A DNA stretch of 64,000 bases, from contig DAGH01000023.1 in NCBI GenBank assembly GCA_002495675.1, positions 1,184 to 65,183 of the forward strand, read 5' to 3'. The translations under genes and the position numbers were made by a program. The notes beneath the pieces are model-generated. The model was not told where the DNA came from. It made no database searches and saw nothing but the letters and a program-made list of their open reading frames with translations. Below, in pieces: positions 45,495 through 53,654 of this stretch. The first letter of the stretch is position 1; every line of letters begins with the position of its first letter. The stretch comes from Euryarchaeota archaeon UBA182 (GTDB taxonomy: Archaea; Thermoplasmatota; Poseidoniia; Poseidoniales; Thalassarchaeaceae).

Positions 45495-46585
45495 TGGGCA
45501 TGGCGTTCGGGAACAAGATTCGCATCACCCTCTTCGGCGAAAGTCATGGGCAGTGCGTGGGCGCTCTTCTCGAAGGCATCCCCCCTGGAACCCCTATCGA
45601 TTACGATTCACTAATTGAAGAGATAGAAAAGCGAAAACCAGGTAGAAAGGGGATGAGTAGGCGGTTAGAATCGGATGATTGTGAGATTATGTCTGGCGTC
45701 CATGAGGGGGTAGCCACTGGTTGGCCCATCCTACTCATTGCCAGGAATGACGATGCAAGATCCAAAGATTACGGTTTTCTACCAGATCACCCAAGACCCG
45801 GGCATGCAGACATGGTAGAGATTGAGAGGTCTGGGGGATCCACAGATTTGCGAGGCGGCGGCTCGCAATCTGCTAGATTGACTCTTGGATTGGTTGCAGC
45901 TGCAAGTCAAGTAAGACAACTTATTTCAGCTCAGAACGTGATTATCAAAGCTGGGCTTTACTCTGTGGGGGGCAAATTCGCAGATTCTCTGGTAAATATG
46001 AATTGGGATTCTCTAGTTCAAAGCGATGACATGCTTAGGTTGAATTGCTACGACTCTGTGATGACACCAGTTTTCTCTGAGGAGATAGAACTAAGCAGAA
46101 AGTCAGGGGATTCAATTGGGTCTACAGTGGAATGTGTGATCGAGGGTCTCCCCATGGGCGTAGGAGAGCCATGGTTTGATGGTCTCGAACCTGCATTAGC
46201 GCGGGTCATGATGGCAATTCCAGGCGCAAGAGCAGTGGAGTTCAGCAAAGGCTTCCAGTCATCATCAATGAAGGGGTCAGAACATAATGATGCTTGGACA
46301 ATACGCGCAGGGCAGATTTCCCCTTCTTCTGACTCCGGTAACCTTCCTGATGGTGCCTTGGGAGGAAGATCAACTGGCGCCCCCCTCCACATGGTAGTCC
46401 ATTTCAAACCCCCTAGCAGCATCTCAAAAACACAGACGACGCTTCATCTTCCCAGCGGAGCAAAAACCCCCCTGAAAATCAAAGGACGGCACGACCCGGT
46501 AATAGGGCCAAGGGCAGTCCCCGTCGTAGAAGCATCAGCGATTTTGGTGATCGCCGATCTAATTGAGATGGCCAAAGAAGAATAG
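45494..46585 (+). CDS. aroC: Chorismate synthase
   Basis: FGNKIRITLFGESHGQCVGALLEGIPPG, PGHADM, RSSARETA-like GGSQSARLT, and GRHDPVIGPRAVPVVEA. Confidence 0.95.
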   Translation: MGMAFGNKIRITLFGESHGQCVGALLEGIPPGTPIDYDSLIEEIEKRKPGRKGMSRRLESDDCEIMSGVHEGVATGWPILLIARNDDARSKDYGFLPDHPRPGHADMVEIERSGGSTDLRGGGSQSARLTLGLVAAASQVRQLISAQNVIIKAGLYSVGGKFADSLVNMNWDSLVQSDDMLRLNCYDSVMTPVFSEEIELSRKSGDSIGSTVECVIEGLPMGVGEPWFDGLEPALARVMMAIPGARAVEFSKGFQSSSMKGSEHNDAWTIRAGQISPSSDSGNLPDGALGGRSTGAPLHMVVHFKPPSSISKTQTTLHLPSGAKTPLKIKGRHDPVIGPRAVPVVEASAILVIADLIEMAKEE

Positions 46586-46650
46586 AATCCTACTGCTTAT
46601 TGGCACGTACGAAACAGTCGAAGAAATCCTCCTCTGGACTGTAAGGAATC

Positions 46651-47577
46651 CTAATCGGCACGACCCTCTTGGAATTTTTGTATTCTAGCAGGCAGGTTCA
46701 CACTGAAAGATATAGCTATGAGGCCAAACACCATAGCAGTACCCAGCGCAACCCCGTAAACACTTGTTAATTCGACGCTCTCACTGAGTCTATTTGATGA
46801 GACTTGATCGAAGATTCCAATTATCGCGGGGATTATTACATTGATCAAAAGCGTGATCAATGCTACGAAACCTGCGATCAACGGCGTGGTCCCGAGAGAT
46901 CTGTTGTATTTCTGGATAATTCTTTCTTGCCCCATCACATACACTTCACGAGTCCTGATTGAAGTGTCAAGCATAGAGAAGCGGATAACGCCCGACGAGA
47001 GCTCAATGTACATCACTAGGAAAAGAGCATAGAAAATCAACAACAATTTCTGTATGAATTCACTATCAACGTCCAAAGCCGCCATTGCAAATTCGACTTT
47101 GCTGCCAGCGAATCTTATGGTTATCAAAATCATGGCTACCTGGGACAACAATATCATTCGTTGATCCCTCTGGATTACCCCATAGGCTCCAATTACAACC
47201 CCCCCAATCAACAGGAGATAGTGAATGAGTCCACTGAAGAAAGGCACGCCAACAAGATTGGAGAGCCAGAACCACACCGTCCCCGATGAAGGTGTTATGA
47301 CGAAAGTAACCAAACCTAGGAGAATCAACGTTGTCACTGAAGCCATCTGGAGCCTAACAACGGTCTTATTGGGACTCAAGAATCTGACTGAGGGAACAAG
47401 AGGGCCACCGAAAAATGACTCCACCCAAGTTGGTATCTTAGTTTCTGGGATGGCATCTCTTGGTATGGATGTAGATTGTGTGACTCGACCAGCTGCTTTT
47501 TTTCTGCTGGGGGCAGACGACCTAACGCTTTTTCCATCGTATAGATGCGAGGTATCCGATCTAGATCCTTCTGACAT
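46651..47577 (-). CDS. Polytopic membrane protein (hypothetical), last gene of the MoxR/DUF58 module
   Basis: 308 aa. It has a hydrophilic S/K/R-rich N-terminal region of about 75 aa followed by about 6 hydrophobic helices. It lies 9 nt downstream of the DUF58 gene on the same strand. Confidence 0.55.
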   Translation of the reverse strand: MSEGSRSDTSHLYDGKSVRSSAPSRKKAAGRVTQSTSIPRDAIPETKIPTWVESFFGGPLVPSVRFLSPNKTVVRLQMASVTTLILLGLVTFVITPSSGTVWFWLSNLVGVPFFSGLIHYLLLIGGVVIGAYGVIQRDQRMILLSQVAMILITIRFAGSKVEFAMAALDVDSEFIQKLLLIFYALFLVMYIELSSGVIRFSMLDTSIRTREVYVMGQERIIQKYNRSLGTTPLIAGFVALITLLINVIIPAIIGIFDQVSSNRLSESVELTSVYGVALGTAMVFGLIAISFSVNLPARIQKFQEGRAD

Positions 47578-47586
47578 CTTTCCACC

Positions 47587-48882
47587 TCAGTATCCTCTAG
47601 CACCTGCCAGAGCTGTGACTAGTAGCATCTCTGGCTCCCAATCCATGATATTCGCCCCCAATCCCCTGATCTCTGTCATCAAAATATCCCTTTCTGTCTT
47701 AAGCAGCTCATATCCGACCGGGTCGAGCCTCCTCGCGTCAAACTCAAAATCTATACTGCTGGGGGAGAGTATTGTTACCATGAAATTCCTAGCACGGAGA
47801 TCTCTCACTGCGTCGATTATGGTCGGGTCGTCCTCCAGTGGACTCAAGATAATGATCGGACTGCCTCTATTTATGTGCGGCATCAACCTATTAGTCACTA
47901 CCCTCAGAGGCGTGTTACCCTTTGCAACTGCCCCGGCCAATTTAGTCAGTATCACGTAGAGCTGCTTTTTTCCAGTGTCCCTGTCCACCGAGACAATCTC
48001 GTCACCATAGGTCACGAGACCAACTGAGTCACGCCTAGCGAGGAAATGCTGGGCCAAACTCGCTGCCGCTCTCGTACTGTACACGAGTGAGTTTCGACTA
48101 ACAGGGCCTGTTTCACTTATTGAGCGACTGTCAACAATCAGTATAATGTCACTGACAGCATCTCTCTCGTATTCATTCACCATCATCTTGCCACCACTCC
48201 TCGCAGTCGCGTTCCAGTTTACTTTCTTCATGGGGTCCCCTGGTATGTATTCCCTAAGATTGTAGAAATTGGATCCTTCCCCGGGATTCCTTATGTTAAC
48301 AGCACCAGTGAAAATCTTTGGGACCTTGCTTTTTATCATAGCATCTTTGATGTCTTCCATCTTTGGGAAGACAAGGAAATCATCGTACAGCTGTATCTCA
48401 CGCTCATTATGAAAAAGGCCGAAAGTATCCTGTATCCTAACACATACTGGGCCAATGGTGTAGAATCCCCTTAGGGGGGCTTCAACGGTGTAGGATATCT
48501 CTGTCTCTCTTCTCCCTCCAAGTTCCATCAACACGTAGTTTGCCCCTTTTTTTATACGCATGACTTCGGGGACTCTGTCTCTGACTTCGATGATCTTCGC
48601 CATGGGAGTCCTATTTTGTATTCTAAGCACGACGTCAATTTCTCCGTCCTCGAAGACCCTTGAAGAGGACACTTTCCTAAGGGCCGAGATTCCTCCTAGT
48701 TGTATTCCCTCGTCTGATTCGTTATCCTCCAGCCTTCTACCAGATGATGCAACATCTGCGTGAGTAGTTCTGAATGCAGCATAGGTCAGGAATGATAGCA
48801 GAACAACTGCGACGGTGACAAGTTGTTGATTCCGCAGAACAAGCCCAAGCAGGTAGAGCCCAATAGCCAGGGATGCAAACAT
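47587..48882 (-). CDS. DUF58 (vWA-like) domain protein
   Basis: Two N-terminal TM helices are followed by FYNLREYIPGDPMKKVNWNATARSGGKMMVNEYE (the DUF58 core) and a DxSxS-type segment ILIVDSRSIS. Confidence 0.85.
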   Translation of the reverse strand: MFASLAIGLYLLGLVLRNQQLVTVAVVLLSFLTYAAFRTTHADVASSGRRLEDNESDEGIQLGGISALRKVSSSRVFEDGEIDVVLRIQNRTPMAKIIEVRDRVPEVMRIKKGANYVLMELGGRRETEISYTVEAPLRGFYTIGPVCVRIQDTFGLFHNEREIQLYDDFLVFPKMEDIKDAMIKSKVPKIFTGAVNIRNPGEGSNFYNLREYIPGDPMKKVNWNATARSGGKMMVNEYERDAVSDIILIVDSRSISETGPVSRNSLVYSTRAAASLAQHFLARRDSVGLVTYGDEIVSVDRDTGKKQLYVILTKLAGAVAKGNTPLRVVTNRLMPHINRGSPIIILSPLEDDPTIIDAVRDLRARNFMVTILSPSSIDFEFDARRLDPVGYELLKTERDILMTEIRGLGANIMDWEPEMLLVTALAGARGY

Positions 48883-48938
48883 CGCTGACTTTCTGCTCCA
48901 CGCCAGTGTAATCCCCCCTATTTTAGTCTAGTAAAATA

Positions 48939-50009
48939 TCAAACAGTTGGGACGGGAACCTGGTTCAGTATATCACGAACAACTTCTTCAGTCTCGAGCC
49001 CCTTGATCTGATGCTCCGGCTTCAAAATGAGCCTATGGGATACAGCAAGCGTCGCGACTGATTTAACATCATCAGGTGTGACGAAATCTCGGCCTCGCAT
49101 TGCAGCAGCAGCACGAGAAGTCTTGAGCAATGCTTGGGATCCACGCGGTGAGGATCCGACCAAGACACGAGGATCCTCTCGTGTCCTCGACACTACCTCG
49201 ACCATATACATCCTAACTGCAGGATCAACGTACACGTCCTCTATCGCTTCTTGCATGGCAACGACTCGCGATGGGTCGGTAATAACATCAACATCGACAT
49301 CGTCTTTCTTTCGTTCTATTCGCCTTGCAAGAATCTCGTCTTCGTCCCCCCTGTCGGGATATCCAACGCTCATCTTGAACATGAATCTGTCTAACTGGGC
49401 CTCTGGTAGAGGGTACGTACCTTCTTGTTCGACCGGATTCTGTGTGGCCATTGTTAGGAAAGGCGCGGGTAGTTTGTGGGTCACAGTACCGATGGTAACC
49501 TGCTTTTCTTGCATGGCTTCCAACAAAGCGGCTTGAGTCTTTGGAGGTGCCCGGTTGATCTCGTCTGACAAGAGCAGGTTGCAAAAGATCGGTCCGGGCT
49601 TAAACGTGAACTCACCCTTCTTGGCGTCATAGATGTTAGTCCCCGTGATGTCAGCGGGCAGGAGGTCAGGAGTAAATTGGACTCTCTTGAAATCGCAGCC
49701 GAGCGCGTCAGCGAAAGTATTCGTCATCAGGGTCTTAGCTAGACCAGGATAATCCTCGAAAAGTAAGTTTCCGTTAGATAGAATGTTGATTAGAACATTG
49801 TCGATTACGTGCGACTTTCCGATAATTACCTTTTGAACCTCGCCGGAGATGGCCTTAGCAATGGCACTAACTGCCGTGAGGCGATCACTTACTTTCTCCC
49901 CTCCTCGTGCTTCTGCTGCCTTTTTGGCATAGCCCTCTTCGATTTTATCTGCATTCTTCCCTTTGTTTTTTGTACTGGCTGGCGGTGGTGTATCTGACAT
50001 ATAATTCAC
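48939..50009 (-). CDS. MoxR-family AAA+ ATPase
   Basis: Walker A LFEDYPGLAKT, RVQFTPDLLPADITG, Walker B LLSDEINRAPPKTQAALLEAMQE, ATQNPVEQEGTYPLPEAQLDRF and SPRGSQAL. Confidence 0.95.
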   Translation of the reverse strand: MNYMSDTPPPASTKNKGKNADKIEEGYAKKAAEARGGEKVSDRLTAVSAIAKAISGEVQKVIIGKSHVIDNVLINILSNGNLLFEDYPGLAKTLMTNTFADALGCDFKRVQFTPDLLPADITGTNIYDAKKGEFTFKPGPIFCNLLLSDEINRAPPKTQAALLEAMQEKQVTIGTVTHKLPAPFLTMATQNPVEQEGTYPLPEAQLDRFMFKMSVGYPDRGDEDEILARRIERKKDDVDVDVITDPSRVVAMQEAIEDVYVDPAVRMYMVEVVSRTREDPRVLVGSSPRGSQALLKTSRAAAAMRGRDFVTPDDVKSVATLAVSHRLILKPEHQIKGLETEEVVRDILNQVPVPTV

Positions 50010-50019
50010 TCCTGTATCT

Positions 50020-51693
50020 TCAGTTTGGCTTACCCCATTTACGTATAGCGACCATCAACTGTCGCAATTCTTGGGACTGGTAAACACGAGATTGGCTGTA
50101 TGCCAACTCTACAAGTTTGGGATCATTGATCATGTCTTGCACTTCAGATGGAGGCTTAAGTGCAAGTTGATCCCTTGTCAAATCATAATGAACTCTAACT
50201 TTCGTGAACAACGCCTGCTGAACCCTCTCCCTGTATGTTGAGGGATCTAATTTTCCAGGCCTTTCTTTGAATCTAGTAAGGTCGAAGACATGTCTCCAGT
50301 TCTCTTTCTGCGGGACAACCATCATTGAAACTAGCAACAACAATCCCACGTTCAAGACCACAAGCCACTTCAGGAAGGGGTTTGAGGTTAGTAAAACCAC
50401 GGTACCCATCGTTTCTACGAAGGGCGCCGACAACCTACCAGTGGAGTGTCTGCTTTCATCAAAGACGATTTGGTACTGAGACTTGTCATCCCTGAAGGTC
50501 GAGGATAATTCTGGATTCCTATGCTCCATCATATCAAAAATTAGGGCGGAGAAATATACAGAATTCCCATTCCATTGTCCTTCGGGGAGAACATCCAACC
50601 AACATGAATTTACTGTATCGCAGTTGGATCTTATTCCTTGGGTCTGGGCTTGTTGGAGATCCCACAGCATGTTTGAGAAGGCTTCATCGTCAGCAACAAA
50701 AGTGATGCTCCCGGTAACATCTACTTCAGCGACCTCAGTGGTACCGACAAAACCACCCTGACTTTCCTGTGGTTTATCAAAAGCTTTCACAGGATAATCC
50801 GCTCGAATGACCAGTGCTAGGTCTCCTGGTGCAGGATTTCTGTAATCTCCTGCATCCAGTGTCCCGGCCACATCAATGAAAGCACCTGAAGAGGCTCTGG
50901 CCAATATCTTTACACTCCTGTGATCAGGGTTGGTTTCGTCCATCTCGGTTGGTTCAAATTTCATGCCAGTCGGCGATCTAAACATAACAGGAAGTCTGCA
51001 ATTCGTCATCAAGTTGTTCCTTATTTGGTCGTCTGTGCAAACTTGGCTCAAGTAGGCGGGTTGCATAAATTCGACGTCTTGATTTACTGAAGCAGCGGAC
51101 CATACGTTTCTCCATGATGGAGAATAAGGCTCACCATCATCGTTGTAGATGAGGAAATGTTGGTTCTCATCATGCAGAGGGTCATCGAAAAAAGTCACAC
51201 CAAACAATGAGGCCAACTCGTTTGCATTAGAGTTCTCAGCAGCTACAATCACCTTTCCACCAGACTCTGTAACGAAGTTGTGGATGGCCCGCGCTTCGGT
51301 TTGATCGATTGGTTTTTCGGGTCCTACTATGACCAGCATGCTCCTGTGTGGATCCCTCCAATCGTTGACAAGCATAGGCGTCGAAATGGTATTTGCAACG
51401 TCATAACCCAAGGAAATGTCTCCGTTGCCTCTATCCAGATTTTCCATGAGCGTGGACCTCATGGTCGATAGTTGGGCGAATTTCTCTTCGTCAGTGTCTC
51501 CTCCTTCCACGTACGCAGAATAATAGGTTTCGTTTGATAGAACGAAGAACATTGGAAGAACTAACAATAGAACGGCGGTGACTGCGAGTGACCAAACCAC
51601 GATTCTGTTGAACCGCTCTGCATCGCTGTCTGTTTTTGCCATTGTGATCGCCCACGCTGGCCCCCCAGGGAGGCCGACAAGGCTTTGCGGCAT
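50020..51693 (-). CDS. Two-TM envelope protein, DUF4350-like (hypothetical)
   Basis: It has an N-terminal TM (VVWSLAVTAVLLLVLPMFFVL), a large ectodomain with a GldG/DUF4350-like stretch (MLVIVGPEKPIDQTEARAIHNFVTESGGKVIVAAE), a second TM and a cytoplasmic tail of about 90 aa. The position upstream of MoxR is typical. Met18 at 51642 is an alternative start. Confidence 0.55.
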   Translation of the reverse strand: MPQSLVGLPGGPAWAITMAKTDSDAERFNRIVVWSLAVTAVLLLVLPMFFVLSNETYYSAYVEGGDTDEEKFAQLSTMRSTLMENLDRGNGDISLGYDVANTISTPMLVNDWRDPHRSMLVIVGPEKPIDQTEARAIHNFVTESGGKVIVAAENSNANELASLFGVTFFDDPLHDENQHFLIYNDDGEPYSPSWRNVWSAASVNQDVEFMQPAYLSQVCTDDQIRNNLMTNCRLPVMFRSPTGMKFEPTEMDETNPDHRSVKILARASSGAFIDVAGTLDAGDYRNPAPGDLALVIRADYPVKAFDKPQESQGGFVGTTEVAEVDVTGSITFVADDEAFSNMLWDLQQAQTQGIRSNCDTVNSCWLDVLPEGQWNGNSVYFSALIFDMMEHRNPELSSTFRDDKSQYQIVFDESRHSTGRLSAPFVETMGTVVLLTSNPFLKWLVVLNVGLLLLVSMMVVPQKENWRHVFDLTRFKERPGKLDPSTYRERVQQALFTKVRVHYDLTRDQLALKPPSEVQDMINDPKLVELAYSQSRVYQSQELRQLMVAIRKWGKPN

Positions 51694-51756
51694 TCGTGAG
51701 ATGTTATAGGTTGCTGAAAGACGATCTTGATTGCTGCGAGGAATTTTGAATAGATT

Positions 51757-52815
51757 TCACAACTTCCTTCGCATAAATGCTGCAATGAATAAAGACGCGC
51801 CTGTGCCGACCACCCCGATGTGGGGAAGTCCCGTGGTCACGACCTCCACCGTCCCTGAGCCGTCATCGACCGGTTCCTTGCCCCCACTTTCTCCGGTGGC
51901 GGCCTGTACCTCTATTCGGGTAGAATCAGTTGATGTTTGGCTGCCATCAGAACCTTGGGAAACAATTTGAATATCCACGTCGCAGGATCTTGAGGGATGG
52001 CTCAGAGCTGCCTCAAATACCAGGTTTGCAGAAATAGTAGCCCCCGGCGCGACCTCCTTGTTGGTTATCTCAGAGGTCTGAGTCCCGACCGTTATCAATG
52101 TGCAATCCACAGAGACATCGGTTTCGGAAACCCTATCCGCGATGTTCCCATTATTTTGGACAAAAACTCTGAGAATCGTGTCTGCCCCCGCATTCATCGG
52201 CCCAGCAGGGTCGTCTATACGAACCTCCAAGTTGAAAACTTCCGGTATAACCATCTGAACATCGTCCGAAGCAGTATCCCCTGGAAGGGCAATGGGGACT
52301 CCCTGTCTTGCGATAACAGTCCCAGTCACCTCGAACAGCTCATTGGCGTTGGCAGCGTAATTCAGCACATCAACATCGCTTATGACACCATAGACAGTGG
52401 TATTTTCTCCTGCCGTCACAGTGACGTCTCCCGGGCAGGATACCTGAGCATCAAATGGAGATGTACAATCCAATGAGACCGTTATGCTGGTGATGCCGTT
52501 GTTTTCGACCAAAATCGGAATAGAGGCGCCGCCTTTATCGGAAAGTGTGATCTCCTGTACTTCCCCGTTTTCGTCGGAAATTGAAACAGACCAGGCTCCA
52601 GGGCCGTCCTGTCCCACCACGGAATTCGAGGCAGAGAGTGCTAGAATGGCAGCAGCAACTAGCCAGACGTAACTCTTTTTGAGGTCTCTTCCATCGCTCT
52701 TCTGGCCAATACAGAAGCCATTTTCTTTCGATACGCTGGAGGGAACCACGTGTTCAGTACGGGTCGCACCGCTCTCTTGAGTTCTGCCCCCAGTCGCTCT
52801 GCTTCGAGGGCCCAA
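51757..52815 (-). CDS. Surface protein with CARDB-like beta-sandwich repeats and a C-terminal anchor (hypothetical)
   Basis: Hydrophobic signal/anchor KKSYVWLVAAAILALSASNSVVG, repeated NNG-containing beta-sandwich signatures (VENNGITSITVSLDC, VQNNGNIADRVSETDVSVDC), and the C-terminal GLPHIGVVGTGASLFIAAFMRRKL. The start is uncertain (ATG 52815 or GTG 52749); both overlap the upstream FAD-subunit gene. Confidence 0.6.
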   Translation of the reverse strand: MGPRSRATGGRTQESGATRTEHVVPSSVSKENGFCIGQKSDGRDLKKSYVWLVAAAILALSASNSVVGQDGPGAWSVSISDENGEVQEITLSDKGGASIPILVENNGITSITVSLDCTSPFDAQVSCPGDVTVTAGENTTVYGVISDVDVLNYAANANELFEVTGTVIARQGVPIALPGDTASDDVQMVIPEVFNLEVRIDDPAGPMNAGADTILRVFVQNNGNIADRVSETDVSVDCTLITVGTQTSEITNKEVAPGATISANLVFEAALSHPSRSCDVDIQIVSQGSDGSQTSTDSTRIEVQAATGESGGKEPVDDGSGTVEVVTTGLPHIGVVGTGASLFIAAFMRRKL

Positions 52816-53654
52816 TTAGGACCTTTGTCGAGGGATTCGATCAATTCTTTGTGCTTTCTAGGGATGCTCTCGAATCCCGTGCTAGCCATGTTGATTGTTG
52901 ATACGCTCCCATCAGCTGAAACCCCCACCGAGAAGGCAACCCCTCCTTCGGGAAAATCCCACGCCTCCCGCAGTCGAAGTTTCTGGTACGAGCCGATAAA
53001 GTCGGCGGAATTCTCCGGAAGTTGGATGTGTGTCACTATTTCGCCGGTCTCCAAGACGTTCCTCGTTATGCCATCCTCTTGAAAGAAATCTTCTAGTGGC
53101 ATGCTTCGAGTGCCTCTGTGAGATGCCAGATGGATTTGGGCATCCAAGCACATCAAGGCTGGAGCAAGGTCGCCCTGATAGGTTGCGACGCATAGCTCAT
53201 TCTGATTTGGAATCACCCTGCAATCAGCACCTGTGCCCTCATCGCACTTGTGGCAGTAATCAATGGATTTTCTCCAAGTTTCAGATTGGTTAAGCCAGAA
53301 ACACCTGGTGTCCAAGCACAGGTTCCCTCCAAGTGTGCCAGATCTTCGAATCATCACGCTTGCGATTGTCCCCGCTGCTTCGACAATCAACGGATGAGCG
53401 ACGGATGACTCCACAATGTCCTGTAGCCTAACCATGGCCCCAATCCTTGTCGTCGATATGCCTTCGAGTTCACTTACTCCGGACATTGAAATGACGTGAG
53501 ACTTGGGATTAATTCCCCATTTGTAGTTGGGAATCAAATCCGTGCCTCCCGATATCCAATCAAAATCATGTCCGCCTTCATGCAAATCCTTGGCAATTTC
53601 AAGGGCATGATCAAGTGTTTTTGGCATATGGACTTCAAACGCAGGCGTTTTCAT
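52659..53654 (-). CDS. Molybdenum hydroxylase FAD-binding (medium) subunit with a Cys-rich insertion
   Basis: FEVHMPKTLDHALEI, ISGGTDLIPN and GTLGGNLC are CoxM/XdhB/HcrB-family motifs. A roughly 45-aa insert contains 6 Cys (residues 113-155). It overlaps the large-subunit gene by 4 nt. Confidence 0.9.
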   Translation of the reverse strand: MKTPAFEVHMPKTLDHALEIAKDLHEGGHDFDWISGGTDLIPNYKWGINPKSHVISMSGVSELEGISTTRIGAMVRLQDIVESSVAHPLIVEAAGTIASVMIRRSGTLGGNLCLDTRCFWLNQSETWRKSIDYCHKCDEGTGADCRVIPNQNELCVATYQGDLAPALMCLDAQIHLASHRGTRSMPLEDFFQEDGITRNVLETGEIVTHIQLPENSADFIGSYQKLRLREAWDFPEGGVAFSVGVSADGSVSTINMASTGFESIPRKHKELIESLDKGPNWALEAERLGAELKRAVRPVLNTWFPPAYRKKMASVLARRAMEETSKRVTSG

